A DNA stretch of 64,000 nucleotides from Nitrospina sp. LS_NOB (GTDB lineage: Bacteria > Nitrospinota > Nitrospinia > Nitrospinales > VA-1), in assembly GCA_001542995.1 (NCBI GenBank), contig LFLA01000014.1:96556-160555 (forward strand), written 5' to 3'. Shown here piece by piece: positions 1 through 10,408 of the stretch. Both the position numbers and the translations under genes were made by a program. The notes under the pieces are model-generated. The model was not told where the DNA came from, made no database searches, and saw only the letters and a list, made by a program, of their open reading frames with translations. Within the stretch, counting starts at the first letter, position 1. Every line of letters starts with the position of its first letter.

Positions 1-305
1 TCGAGCAGAATCCCACCAAAGCCTTTATTGTTAAAGTTTTAATTGATTTCAGCCGTTATGAGCATTAGACTCTTTTCGTCAGGAGCACCCGTTTCCGGTT
101 CCGGAAAAAGAGCGGAGAACCTCCGCAGGCGCGATGTTTTTCCTAACCTTCGTGCCCAGAGGGGGTGCAACTGGCTATAGCTTTTTACTGCTAACGCCCG
201 TTTTTCTCGGCTTAACGAGTCCTTGCTCATTGCTTCCCACGCGGGTGGGCCTGTACACCCATTGAGCCTATAACAAAAATATTGCACGCCCAGTAGAGGA
301 AAGCT

Positions 306-2071
306 ATGAAAGTAGCCGTTTGCAATTCTGTTGGAATTGACGCCGACGGGTATGCCATGATCCACTCCCCCAGCCGTTGGACCAACAGCACCAAAGACCA
401 CAACATTTTTACGTATTATCCCTGGCAATTGGCTTGTTGTTCCTCGATCCTGAAGCGGGACACCGACCACGAAGTCAAATTTTTTGATGGCTGCCTGGAA
501 AAATGGGATCACGATACGTTTGTTGAAAAAATCTCTGAATTCGGCCCGGATTATCTGGTCATGGACTGCGCCACACGCACCATCGACGCCGACAGCCGAT
601 TCGGCATAGAAGTTAAAAAACGGTTTGGGACAAAACTGATTTTCTGCGGACCCCATCCCACTACTTTCCCCGAAGAAGTGAGCGAATATGCCGACCCTGT
701 CGTCCTTAGGGAATATGAAATGGTCGTGCTTGACATCCTCCAGGGCAAAGCTCTTGCGGATATCATGGGACTCTGGCCCAACACCAACATCAGGCCTCCG
801 CTTGATGTGAACAATTTACCGCTTCCGGAAGATGATGACGTCTCCCGCCTGCATTACGGAATGCCGGGTGAGCCTTCCAGCGAATATCTGGAAATTCAGG
901 CCTATGCCTCAAGAGGCTGTCCCTTGTCCTGCACCTTCTGCGTATGCGGAAATATTTCCTACCAACGTCCTAACTGGCGGCCAAGAAATGTTGCCAGCGT
1001 TGTTGAAGAGATCCGCACCCTGCACGAAAAATATCCGGAAATGGAAGGCGTGTTCTTTGATGAAGAAGTCCACAACATTAAGAGAAGCTTCAATATCTCC
1101 CTGGCCAAAGCCATTCGCTCAGCCGGACTGGATCACCTCAAATACCAAGCCATGTGCGAATACGCTTCCCTGGATGAAGAAGCTCTGGAAGAAATGCGCG
1201 CGGCCGGGTATTACAAAATCCGTTTCGGCATTGAAACCGGCAGTGACAAAGTCGCTGAAAAAATGACTCCGGGCAAAAAACACGACCTGCAAAAACTTCG
1301 TGCCATGGTTAAATTTGGGAAAAGTCTGGGCATGCTGTTTTATGGAACCATCAGTATCGGCGGACTCGGCTCCAGCCAGGAAGAAGACCAGAAAACAGTG
1401 GATCTGGTTTATGAGATGGCTTCTAAAGGATGGCTCGATGAAATCCAGGTTTCTATCAACACGCCCCAGCCGGGAACAGATTTTTATAATTCCTGCATGG
1501 AGGAATCGCTACTGCCCGCCTCAACAAGCTGGGAAGGGTTCGATGGCAACGGCCAGGTTGTGTCCACTATCCGCATTATCCTGCTGAGGAAATCCAGGCC
1601 AACTTTAACAAAGCCCTGTCTGCTTTTGATCTGGGAAAAGAGCAGGTTCAATCGCAGACTTTTTCAAACAATGCCAAATCTTCTTTCAAAACAATTCCTG
1701 ATGGAGCTCATATCCTAGTACTCAGAAATGTCAGAAACTGGATGATCCGTCTGATCCTTGAGAATTTGAATGGGAGGGCACAGGTCGATCTACTGGGACA
1801 AGATGTTTCCGCCAAAGATATGGAGGATATGGACCGACTGAATCAAGTCTATTCTTACGGTACGGGATTCTTTTCAGCCGAATCAATTTCCGCCGACTTG
1901 ATAGAAAAACTCAGGGGCGAACACTACAATTTCATTCTGGTCCCAGTTGCCAACAACCACCTGCAAGGCTATCAGAATGTTCTGGAAGTTGCGCAAATGA
2001 TTCTGCCCGAAGAAATTTTATATATCTATCCCGAAGGCCACCTGCAACCTGTCTCGCCTGTAGCAATTTAA
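306..2071 (+). pseudogene. B12-binding radical SAM protein, frameshifted near 1560
   Basis: CPLSCTFC (CxxxCxxC) after a B12-binding-like N-terminus. The 306 frame drifts at GQVV, while the -1 frame from 1562 reads VHYPHYPAEEIQANF... with no stop into ORF 1742..2071. Confidence 0.8.
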
Positions 2072-2162
2072 CATCCACTCGGCGTGGGGCCAGTGACCCG
2101 CCACCCCATCGGAATCACAGATTAATACCAACGCACAAAGATAAGGGCTCCTTCAAACACCC

Positions 2163-2262
2163 GTCATTGCGAGGAGCAAAGTGACGCGGCAATCCACAGG
2201 TCCTGATCCGCGCAAAACAAACACCTGGATCGCCGCGCTCCTTACAGTCGCTCGCGAAGACG
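2163..2262. repeat. Inverted pair of REP/RPE-like palindromes (GTCATTGCGAGGAGC...GCAATCC type)
   Basis: gtcattgcgaggagcaaagtgacgcggcaatcca at 2163-2196 and the imperfect inverted copy tggatcgccgcgctcc...ctcgcgaagacg at 2226-2262, in a convergent intergenic region. Confidence 0.7.
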
Positions 2263-2353
2263 AGTCGTGAGGTTTTTAATATTCAGGCGAGTGGAGTTTG
2301 CTCGGCTATTGCATGAGTAAATAAGCAGGGAATCGATTCCATCTATATTGAGC

Positions 2354-2395
2354 CCCCCTCATCCTAACCTTCTCCCTCCCCAGGAGAGAAGGAAC
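2354..2395. repeat. REP-like palindrome of the CCCCTCAYCCTAACCYTCTCCC...GGAGAG class
   Basis: ccccctcatcctaaccttctccctcccaggagagaaggaac, with a ccttctc/gagaagg stem. Confidence 0.5.
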
Positions 2396-2421
2396 TTTTA
2401 GCTTCCTCTCCCTTGAAGGCT

Positions 2422-2518
2422 GAGCTTTGCATAACCCCGAGATTCTTCACTACGTTCAGAATGACAAGAAACGTCAGCTTGTCATCCTCGAGGAGCCGAA
2501 GGCGACGAAGGATCTCGC
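2422..2518. mobile_element. Partial copy of the composite MITE family (one TIR plus palindrome pair)
   Basis: gagctttgcataaccccgagattcttcactacgttcagaatgac...gtcatcctcgaggagccgaaggcgacgaaggatctc shares modules with 51145-51271 and 58237-58519. Confidence 0.7.
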
Positions 2519-2551
2519 TTTATCCCTGCGGTTTTAGCAGACACCCCAATA

Positions 2552-3724
2552 TCAAGACGATTTGGATTCCGCCCGTGGAAGGTTGGGTTTGGGATTGATC
2601 ATATCTTTCTTACTGAGAATGTCGATGAGGTTTTTGTCCCGGCAGGCGACGGCAATATCGAGCAATCCATCGCCATTAAAATCCGCCACCGCCATGCCCT
2701 GGGGATGCTCATCGACCCGATGGTAAATAGGGGGATAAGTGAAGGTTCCGTTTCCCTTGCCAAGAGAAACACTGATCATGTCATCGGTGGCATTGGAGAC
2801 GGCTATATCCTCAAAACCATCACCGGTAAAATCGGCAGCCACGACATATTTCGGAAAATTCCCCGAAGCAAAATCCTTCAATGAATCGAAAGTCTTATCA
2901 CCTTTGTTTATAAGCGTGGTCAGAGCATGCAGAGAGTTGCTGGAAGTCACAAATTCCTTCAACCCGTCATTGTTCACATCCAAGCTGACAATGGTGAGGG
3001 GCTGTTTCCCACCTTTAAAGACATCTGAGCTTTCGAATTTTCCATCGCCCTTGCCCCAGAGAATTTGAACGCCGGTAAACCCATTACCCGCTAGAGCTAC
3101 CGCGACATCTACCTTTCCATCCTGATTGTAATCGTCGACAACAACCCCTGTTGGCTGCCCCTTGACAGGCATGGAATCCGGATCAGAAAAAAACCCATTG
3201 CCTTTCCCCAGCATCACAACCACATTCGAAAAGCGCATGGTGATCACCAGGTCAATTTTCCCGTCAGAATTAAAATCGCCAGATGACATGTTGAGGGGAA
3301 TTTTTCCTGGCTTAAGCACTTGGCTTGTTTTTTGGAAACTTCCCAACCGCGTGTTCAAAAATATCTGGATGGTCTGGTCAGCATAATTGAGCACTGCAAT
3401 ATCTGTGTAACCGTCTTCATTGAAATCTCCCGAAACCAGACAAATCGGGTCTCTGCCGGTTCTATAAACAAGCTGATCCCTAAAAGTTCCATCACCCATT
3501 CCCTTAAAAAATGAAAAAGAATCCCCGCCAGTATTGGTCACAACCAAATCCGGAACTTTGTCACGGTTAAAATCATCGGTAATGAGAAAAGAAGGTTCTT
3601 TTCCCGTATCCATGGAATAGCTCAAGGCAAAAATGCGGGGCATTTTTTTCCGGGCCTTGGGGGGCGGGCACCCCAGCAGGACAAAAACCATCAGGAACGC
3701 AATTATTGAATAATGTTTTTTCAT
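2552..3724 (-). CDS. FG-GAP/VCBS repeat lipoprotein
   Basis: Repeated DFNxDGxxD motifs. MKKHYS... start at 3724 gives a signal peptide with LLGC lipobox. Confidence 0.85.
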   Translation of the reverse strand: MKKHYSIIAFLMVFVLLGCPPPKARKKMPRIFALSYSMDTGKEPSFLITDDFNRDKVPDLVVTNTGGDSFSFFKGMGDGTFRDQLVYRTGRDPICLVSGDFNEDGYTDIAVLNYADQTIQIFLNTRLGSFQKTSQVLKPGKIPLNMSSGDFNSDGKIDLVITMRFSNVVVMLGKGNGFFSDPDSMPVKGQPTGVVVDDYNQDGKVDVAVALAGNGFTGVQILWGKGDGKFESSDVFKGGKQPLTIVSLDVNNDGLKEFVTSSNSLHALTTLINKGDKTFDSLKDFASGNFPKYVVAADFTGDGFEDIAVSNATDDMISVSLGKGNGTFTYPPIYHRVDEHPQGMAVADFNGDGLLDIAVACRDKNLIDILSKKDMINPKPNLPRAESKSS

Positions 3725-3776
3725 GAAGCTCCGTTGAAAAAAAGGAGAGTACCACAGGAACCTTGGGGAAACAATG

Positions 3777-5063
3777 TTACACAGCCGGGCTGGCACTTTT
3801 TGCGGGGAGATGAGCCTGTTGACGCAATACAAAATGCCCCAGAATCTTTTGCGCAAAGGTAAAAGCCAACGACAGGCCCGCCGTTTCCATTATGATTTTT
3901 TTATACGGGTCGTGTCCGGAAACACTGCTGAACATGGCTTTCATAAAGTCGGATCTTTCTGCGGCCACTGCAATCATATGATCCATGAACTTGAATCGTG
4001 TCGCCAGATTGGTCAAAACCCGTACGGCGCGCCCATAGGGGAGGTCTGCGGTCAGTTCATGGCAGTCCTGGTAAAAGTTTTCAGCGAAGGCATTTTTGGA
4101 GACTCCATGCCTCATGATGGAACGAGCTGCATAAATGCCGGTAATGATGGCTGAGTTAATGCCCTTGCCCTTGAAAGGCCGCATGAGTCCTGCCGAGTCA
4201 CCTATCGTGACGTAACGGTCGCCGAATAAATTTTGGGCCGGAGCAATGGGAAACCTGCCTTTAAAATAGTTGAGCGGCTTTTCGCGCCTTTGATGGGGAG
4301 GAAGAAAACGTTGCACCGGAGCCGAACGCAGAAACTCCATCATGATATTTGATGAAACCTTGCGACCCGCAATATTAATGGAAATATGGTCCCCCTTCGG
4401 GGTGACCGCTCCAAATTCCAGGCCAGGATGGGAAAGCAGAAAAGCATGGATCGTGAGACCCATGCTTTGCATGAACTCCTCTCCAGGATAAAGACGCGTG
4501 ATCACCGTATTTAAAAAGTCCGGTTGCCGGTATGGGGTGCCCTGCTCAAAGATCCCGCAACTTCCATCATCAAGGCCAAAAGCCCCTACCACAACCGCGC
4601 TCTTGATGTTTTCGCCCTCACTGTAAATAAGCACTCCGTCAGGGTTGACTTCGATCGCCGTTACGCGGTTATGAACCACTTGGGCGCCAGCCTTCTGAGC
4701 CTCTTCGAGCATGAAGGCATCAAATTTGGAACGATTGACAGAAGCCGATCGGCCATGCTCTTCTCCAACCAAATCCAGGCTCAACAAATCAGAATGCAGG
4801 CGATAACCCGCAATTTCATTGAGCACCAGACTTTCCGGTAAAGTCAGATCCAATTCATTTTTAAGGATTTCCTCGAAAGGCGGAGAGAGCACGCCAATAC
4901 ACTGATTATAGTGACGCTGTTCTGCGAATTTTTTATGCTCAAGCAACACCACATTTATCTTCCTGCCCAACCGTTTGGCTTCTCTTAAGAGAGTCATAGC
5001 ACAGGCTGATCCGCCGGGGCCTCCTCCAACAATACAAACTGTATCGCCATCATTAATGAGCAT
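3777..5063 (-). CDS. FAD-dependent oxidoreductase, geranylgeranyl reductase family
   Basis: IVGGGPGG FAD motif, RSKFD, and IGDSAG...PFKGKGI. Start placed at MLINDG. Confidence 0.8.
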   Translation of the reverse strand: MLINDGDTVCIVGGGPGGSACAMTLLREAKRLGRKINVVLLEHKKFAEQRHYNQCIGVLSPPFEEILKNELDLTLPESLVLNEIAGYRLHSDLLSLDLVGEEHGRSASVNRSKFDAFMLEEAQKAGAQVVHNRVTAIEVNPDGVLIYSEGENIKSAVVVGAFGLDDGSCGIFEQGTPYRQPDFLNTVITRLYPGEEFMQSMGLTIHAFLLSHPGLEFGAVTPKGDHISINIAGRKVSSNIMMEFLRSAPVQRFLPPHQRREKPLNYFKGRFPIAPAQNLFGDRYVTIGDSAGLMRPFKGKGINSAIITGIYAARSIMRHGVSKNAFAENFYQDCHELTADLPYGRAVRVLTNLATRFKFMDHMIAVAAERSDFMKAMFSSVSGHDPYKKIIMETAGLSLAFTFAQKILGHFVLRQQAHLPAKSASPAV

Positions 5064-5080
5064 TTGGTCTTTATCCTGTT

Positions 5081-6613
5081 TTAATTCGCGGGCGTTTGCA
5101 GACTTTTTTTTCTGAAAAACTCCAGCATTCCCTTGAAAATATAGGAGTGGAAGGTTGACATAGCCACCCAGTAAAGTTTTCCCCAAAAAGGTTTGGGAAT
5201 AAAATGCGCCTTCAAAGTCAAACGAGTTCCCCCGTTCTGATCCGGATTGAGCTGGAACTCGAGCCAGGACAGGCCTGGAGTGATCATTTCTGCTCTCAGC
5301 AGCAGTTCGCGGTTGGGTTCCAGCTTTTCCACCCTCCAGAAATCTACCGAATCCCCAACGCGAAGATTGGCCGGATCGCGTCGGCCTCGTTGCAATCCCA
5401 CTCCCCCCATGAGTCGGTCAATGAGACCGCGAATTTCCCAAAGGATGTTGGCGTGGTTCCAGCCATGCTTGCCCCCGATCTGGCAGATCACCGGGAATAC
5501 CTGCTCCGGCGTCGCCGGAATATCTATTCCATGTTCGTCAATGACGAACTCGGAAGCCTCAAACTGGCACAGAGGCAAAAGGTCACTCATATTTTCGGGG
5601 GGAACATCACTCCAATGCGAAAATACCCTCGAGCTTTTTTCTTTCTCCTGAGCCCATTTTACGGCTGTTACAAAGTCCAGCGGTTCGAAGGGAAGAATTT
5701 TTGAGATTTCGTTATCCACACACACCACGTCAGTTTTAAGGCTGCTCAGTAAAAGCGAAGTAATATTTACCGGAATGGAAATAAAACAATGAAGCCAGTA
5801 AGCATAAAGTCGGCACATCCAGTCAACAGGAATGGGCACCCATGAAACATCAATGAAACGGATCCGGCGATTCAAGATTTTGGCAAAGCCTAAAATCATT
5901 TCCTTATAGGGCAATACATCCTTGCCGCCGATCTGGAAAACACGAGACTCCAGGCCCGGAGTTTCCATAATACCGACCAGGTATTTGACGACATCCCGGA
6001 TCGCGACAGGCTGGCAGATGGAATTGAACTCCGGTAAAAAAGGAATGAAACGGTTGTTCAAAGTCAGCGATTTCATCAATTCATAAGACGCGCTTCCAGC
6101 ACCAACGATAATGGCTGCCCGAACCTGGATGGTTGGAACACTGCCCTGTGACAATATATTCCCGACCTCCATTCTGCTTCTAAGGTGCGGCGACATACGA
6201 TCATCTTTTTCTCCAAGCCCGCCCAGGTAGATGACCCGTTTCACGCCATGGTGTTCAGCCGATTCCCGGAAGTTTTTTGCAGCCTTCTGGTCGTTTATTA
6301 TAAACTCTTCCTTTTTCAACCTCATGCTGTGAATTAAATAATAAGCGTAGTCAACATCCTTCAAGGCGGGGAGCAACTCTTCCCTGTTCAGGCAATCGGC
6401 ATAAACATGTTCGACGCGAGGATGCGTCAATAGTGCCGGGCAACTGATATTCCTATACATACACCGGACAATATAGCCCCTTGATACCAATTCGGGAATT
6501 AACCTGTGTGCCACATACCCGGTTGCACCAGTGATAAGAATCCGTGTTCCTTCCGGCCAGGGGCAGGTGTTAAGATCATCGCAATAGTGGTAATTGACTT
6601 TTTCAGGATCCAT
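5081..6613 (-). CDS. YbjT-like NAD(P)-binding SDR with C-terminal DUF2867-like domain
   Basis: TGATGYV, AYYLIHSM, HLRSR.EVG, and C-terminal GDSVDFWRV...LRAEM. Confidence 0.8.
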   Translation of the reverse strand: MDPEKVNYHYCDDLNTCPWPEGTRILITGATGYVAHRLIPELVSRGYIVRCMYRNISCPALLTHPRVEHVYADCLNREELLPALKDVDYAYYLIHSMRLKKEEFIINDQKAAKNFRESAEHHGVKRVIYLGGLGEKDDRMSPHLRSRMEVGNILSQGSVPTIQVRAAIIVGAGSASYELMKSLTLNNRFIPFLPEFNSICQPVAIRDVVKYLVGIMETPGLESRVFQIGGKDVLPYKEMILGFAKILNRRIRFIDVSWVPIPVDWMCRLYAYWLHCFISIPVNITSLLLSSLKTDVVCVDNEISKILPFEPLDFVTAVKWAQEKEKSSRVFSHWSDVPPENMSDLLPLCQFEASEFVIDEHGIDIPATPEQVFPVICQIGGKHGWNHANILWEIRGLIDRLMGGVGLQRGRRDPANLRVGDSVDFWRVEKLEPNRELLLRAEMITPGLSWLEFQLNPDQNGGTRLTLKAHFIPKPFWGKLYWVAMSTFHSYIFKGMLEFFRKKSLQTPAN

Positions 6614-6719
6614 ACCTGAAATATACCCCCAACCCCCCAATCCGCAAGCCCCGACCAGCGGCCGGTAGCAAATAGCAATGTCTTTATTTTGCCACCAATC
6701 GGTCTCTAGGCTTTATGGG

Positions 6720-7574
6720 CTATTGCTCATTGCCACCGGCCGCTTGGCCGGAGAAAAAGGGGTTGTGGCGTTTTTCTTCGCCAACGGTGGTCGCAGGGCC
6801 ATGTCCGGGGAAAAGGCGCGTGTGGTCTGGCAGGGTCAAAAGTCTTTGGGTGATGGAATCGTAGAGCCCAGACCAGGAGGAATTGGCACGTCCCATGGAA
6901 CCGGCGAAGATGGCATCACCGGAGAAAACCGTGTCATGGATTTTATAAGACACTCCGCCGGAGGTGTGACCGGGCGTGAAAAGAACCTCTATATTTAAAT
7001 TTCCTAGTTTTATTATTGCCCCGTCCTTCAAAAACTTAAAGTCACGGCTGCCTGAGGGGCGGGGCTCTTTTGTATCGATCCAGGTGGGACAGTTATAGGT
7101 TGTATCCAGGAGTTCCAGTCCCCCGGCGTGATCAAAGTGGGCATGAGTTAAAAGGATTTTTTCCGGTTGAAGTTTCAACTCTTTGGCTTTCTTAATGATC
7201 GCCTCCGGATTTCCTCCTGTATCAATCACCGCAGAGGTTTGTGTAGCCTTGCAAATTACCAGATAACATTTAACGGGATAGGTTCCGACAAACACATCCA
7301 GGCAGACCGTATCGAAAGGAGCGGGATCCGGCTCAATAGGTTTGGGAGCCCAGGTCGCATTCGCGACCGCGATCAACGATGGAGCATGAAGGTCCAGAAC
7401 TTCAGCAAGATTTTTTAAGACACTCTCATCCGGAACAAACTCATAGCGTTCCATCCGGGAAATATCACCCACACTGATTCCCGAAGCATGAGCCAAGTCA
7501 GACTGGCGCCAGCTTTTGCCATCTCTGGCCTTTTCCAGTACATCTCCCAATTCATCTTCCAAAGGTCCTGACAT
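6720..7574 (-). CDS. XRE-type HTH fused to MBL-fold (glyoxalase II-like) hydrolase
   Basis: N-terminal HTH (LEKARDGKSWRQSDLA...ISRMER), then THAHFDH, PGHT, SGDAIF and PGHG. Confidence 0.85.
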   Translation of the reverse strand: MSGPLEDELGDVLEKARDGKSWRQSDLAHASGISVGDISRMERYEFVPDESVLKNLAEVLDLHAPSLIAVANATWAPKPIEPDPAPFDTVCLDVFVGTYPVKCYLVICKATQTSAVIDTGGNPEAIIKKAKELKLQPEKILLTHAHFDHAGGLELLDTTYNCPTWIDTKEPRPSGSRDFKFLKDGAIIKLGNLNIEVLFTPGHTSGGVSYKIHDTVFSGDAIFAGSMGRANSSWSGLYDSITQRLLTLPDHTRLFPGHGPATTVGEEKRHNPFFSGQAAGGNEQ

Positions 7575-7630
7575 AAAACCTCCTATTGGGAAATTATACT
7601 AGAAATTTTGCCAAATCAAACAAGCTTCCA

Positions 7631-8461
7631 TCAACCTTCTTTCTGTTCAGCTGGCTTCAGTTCTTCCCACTGGGTATCCTCACTTGAGGAAGTTGGCCCG
7701 GCAGAGGAAAATACATAAACCATCCCCACCATGACTCCCCCACCCACCATATTTCCGAGTGTCACAAACACCTGATTGTGAAAGAAACCTGCAAGTGATA
7801 CTTCCGCTCCATGCGGCAGCAACAATGCCAAGCTCATCAGCGACTGGTTGGCGATACTGTGTTCGTATCCACTACCAATAAAAGCAAACAGGCACCAGAA
7901 TATCATGATCAGTTTGGCAGTCTCGTCCCCGTTTCGGTTGGCGATCCAGACCGCCAGACACACCAGCCAGTTACACAAAATACCCCTGAAAAAAGCTTCT
8001 TGCGCACCGAGGGCCATTTTCGCTCCTGCTACTTTGACAATCAGGGCCTGAGCTTCGGCAGACAGGCTTCCCCCCTGCACCACCAGCCACGCAAAAAATA
8101 CAGAACCAAGAAGGTTACCGATAAAACATAGCGCGAACAATTTGAACATGACGCCGAAGCCCACCCGGTTTTTCAGTTTGCCCACGGCAAAAACCATGTT
8201 ATTGCCAGTGAATAGTTCCGAACCGGAAAAGACAACCAGGCTCAAAGCAATACCAAAACTGGCCCCCATGATCAGTTTCATGAAGGGTGCAAACTGTGTT
8301 CCCGCCAAGGGAGCACCTACCGAGAAAATCAAAACAATGCCAAAACCCAGATAAGCCCCAGCCAGGGCAGATAGAGCCAGATATCCTAGAGGGAAACGGT
8401 TCATGGCCTTGATTTTCTTTTCTGCAGCAAAGGCCAGTTTTCCTAAATCATTTTCGAACAT
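7631..8461 (-). CDS. nirC: Formate/nitrite transporter (nitrite channel)
   Basis: GSELFTGN, GILCNWLVCLA and YEHSIAN motifs; directly downstream of nirA. Confidence 0.88.
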   Translation of the reverse strand: MFENDLGKLAFAAEKKIKAMNRFPLGYLALSALAGAYLGFGIVLIFSVGAPLAGTQFAPFMKLIMGASFGIALSLVVFSGSELFTGNNMVFAVGKLKNRVGFGVMFKLFALCFIGNLLGSVFFAWLVVQGGSLSAEAQALIVKVAGAKMALGAQEAFFRGILCNWLVCLAVWIANRNGDETAKLIMIFWCLFAFIGSGYEHSIANQSLMSLALLLPHGAEVSLAGFFHNQVFVTLGNMVGGGVMVGMVYVFSSAGPTSSSEDTQWEELKPAEQKEG

Positions 8462-8489
8462 TTCAAGCTTCCTTTCTTTCAGTTAATTC

Positions 8490-10082
8490 CTAATGCGTGG
8501 TTTCTATTTCTTCCAACACCATAGTTTCTGTTTGCTTTTGCGGTTTCGTTAGCAAAGGCGTGTCACGTCTTCTGGCATATTTTTTCCCCTTGATCGGGTA
8601 CATTTTTTCGCGAGTGTGGTAGGGAATCACGAATTCCAGAACCTGTGCCAACTGATCACAGGGAACATCTTCCATGACCTTTACGGCCAGCTTGGGATCG
8701 ATTCCCGTTCGGCCGCCCATAAAAATATCCACCCCCTCAATCACTTCATTGCCACGGCGCATCTTTTTACCGAGCAGTCCAATATCCGCCACCAGATGGT
8801 TGCCGCATCCCGCCGGGCATCCCGACCAATGCATATTGATCGGCGCGGTACCCGGGAGCTTGCCTTCTAACTGCGCGGCAACCTTCAAAGCCATCGACTT
8901 GGTTTCAATCGCCGCCAGGTTGCAATAATCGCTTCCCACACAACTCACCAATCCCTTAAGAATACTGGAAGGGTGATAAGTGAACTCTTTGACCAACGCC
9001 TCTTCAAGTATGTCCCCCAATTTCTGATCAGAAATATTGGGAATGATCAGGGAATTGGAATGGGAAAATCGTATTTCTCCGTTTCCATATTTTTCCGCAA
9101 GTCGGGCCAGCCCCTGCAACTTGTCAGCCTGAATACGCCCGACGGGAACCTTCAGCCCAACATAGTTCATCAATGTTTGCTTCTGCCGGTAGGCACCGAT
9201 ATGGTCCGATTTTTCGTTGCCTCTCAAATCCACGCCAGCGGAGGTCAGCGGCCTTCCCAGTCTCTCTTCCAACGCCAAACGGAATTTCTCCTCCCCCCAG
9301 TCTTCTATCAGAAAGGCCAGACGGTTTTTACTTCTCACATCCCGACTGCCGTGGTCGCGGTACAAAAGGATCAGCGCCGAACACACTTCGACCACTTCTT
9401 CGGGACGGAGGAAAACATCTAAAGGAGTGGCAATGCGATAGCCCCCCGACCCCAACTTTCCACCCACCAGAACATTGAAACCATAAACCGGGCCGTTTTC
9501 CTCAACGGCTGGTACCAGCGCCAGGTCCTGGGTTTCTGCATGCACACAGTCATCCGGGCAACCACTCAATGTTATATTGAACTTTCTTGGCAGATTGGAA
9601 AACTCCGAGTTGCCAACGATATGGTCGTTCAATGCCTTGACCAGCGAATAGGCATCGACCTTCTCTTTCGGATTCAAACCGGCTACCGGACATCCCATGA
9701 TGTTGCGGACATTGTCCATTCCGGTTTGGGACGAGGTCAGTCCTACCTCTTCTAGCAAGTCGAAAACCTTGGGAATACTTTCAATTTTTAAATGCCGTAA
9801 TTGCACCTGCTGGCGAGTGGTGATGTCGATCACCCCATTGCCGAAGGTGGCGGCTATAAACGAAAGAGCTCTAACCTGATGAGAAAAAGAAAGCCCATTA
9901 GGAATCCTCACCCGCAACATAAAAAATCCTGGAGTGGGATTGCGCAAAAACAGTCCATACCATTTGAGACGCTGGATGTCCTCTTCGCTGATAGACTCCC
10001 AGCCTTCTTTCGCAAAACGATGGAGTTCGCTTTTGATTTTCAAACCGTCTCTTTCAGATTTTATCAGTTCTATTTTGTTCAT
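8490..10082 (-). CDS. nirA: Ferredoxin-nitrite reductase (assimilatory)
   Basis: TTRQQVQ, NLPRKFN, and siroheme/4Fe-4S ligands SCVGSDYC and SGCPAGC. Confidence 0.92.
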   Translation of the reverse strand: MNKIELIKSERDGLKIKSELHRFAKEGWESISEEDIQRLKWYGLFLRNPTPGFFMLRVRIPNGLSFSHQVRALSFIAATFGNGVIDITTRQQVQLRHLKIESIPKVFDLLEEVGLTSSQTGMDNVRNIMGCPVAGLNPKEKVDAYSLVKALNDHIVGNSEFSNLPRKFNITLSGCPDDCVHAETQDLALVPAVEENGPVYGFNVLVGGKLGSGGYRIATPLDVFLRPEEVVEVCSALILLYRDHGSRDVRSKNRLAFLIEDWGEEKFRLALEERLGRPLTSAGVDLRGNEKSDHIGAYRQKQTLMNYVGLKVPVGRIQADKLQGLARLAEKYGNGEIRFSHSNSLIIPNISDQKLGDILEEALVKEFTYHPSSILKGLVSCVGSDYCNLAAIETKSMALKVAAQLEGKLPGTAPINMHWSGCPAGCGNHLVADIGLLGKKMRRGNEVIEGVDIFMGGRTGIDPKLAVKVMEDVPCDQLAQVLEFVIPYHTREKMYPIKGKKYARRRDTPLLTKPQKQTETMVLEEIETTH

Positions 10083-10241
10083 AGTTCCTCAAACCGGCGG
10101 GCCGCCGGTGGCAGTGAACAATAACCTTATTTGACCAGCAAAGAGTTATTTCACTGGATAGGCCATCATCGCTGTTTAGGTTATGCAAAGGTCTCAAAAT
10201 TAAGAAGAGCTAGACCTTTCACACTAAAGAGAGGGGAGATC

Positions 10242-10256
10242 GCAAGTAACGTGCCA
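10242..10256 (-). promoter_or_regulatory. Sigma54 (-24/-12) promoter of nirA-nirC
   Basis: Minus strand reads TGGCAC-GTTAC-TTGC, matching TGGCAC-N5-TTGC, 160 nt upstream of nirA. Confidence 0.85.
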
Positions 10257-10333
10257 TTTAGCAAAAAGTATCGTTATGGCTTTATTAGTAAAGGGTTATG
10301 TCGAGGGAGACAGTAATTTGTGATAAGATAAAT

Positions 10334-10381
10334 TGCTCAAAAAATAATCAAAGCAATTTTCTCCTGCCATATAATGCGTCA
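10334..10381. promoter_or_regulatory. Putative tandem NtrC-like enhancer sites
   Basis: Two 17-bp TGC-N11-TCA sites (10334-10350, 10365-10381) 31 bp apart, about 80-125 bp upstream of the sigma54 site. Confidence 0.5.
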
Positions 10382-10408
10382 TCTGCGAAGGCTTGAAAAT
10401 GCCGTTTA

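Noticed and set aside
39-656. 205-aa minus-strand ORF, and similar shadow ORFs such as 62332..62952, 21685..22314 and 12878..13408
   Set aside because: Antisense to well-supported genes and without motifs.
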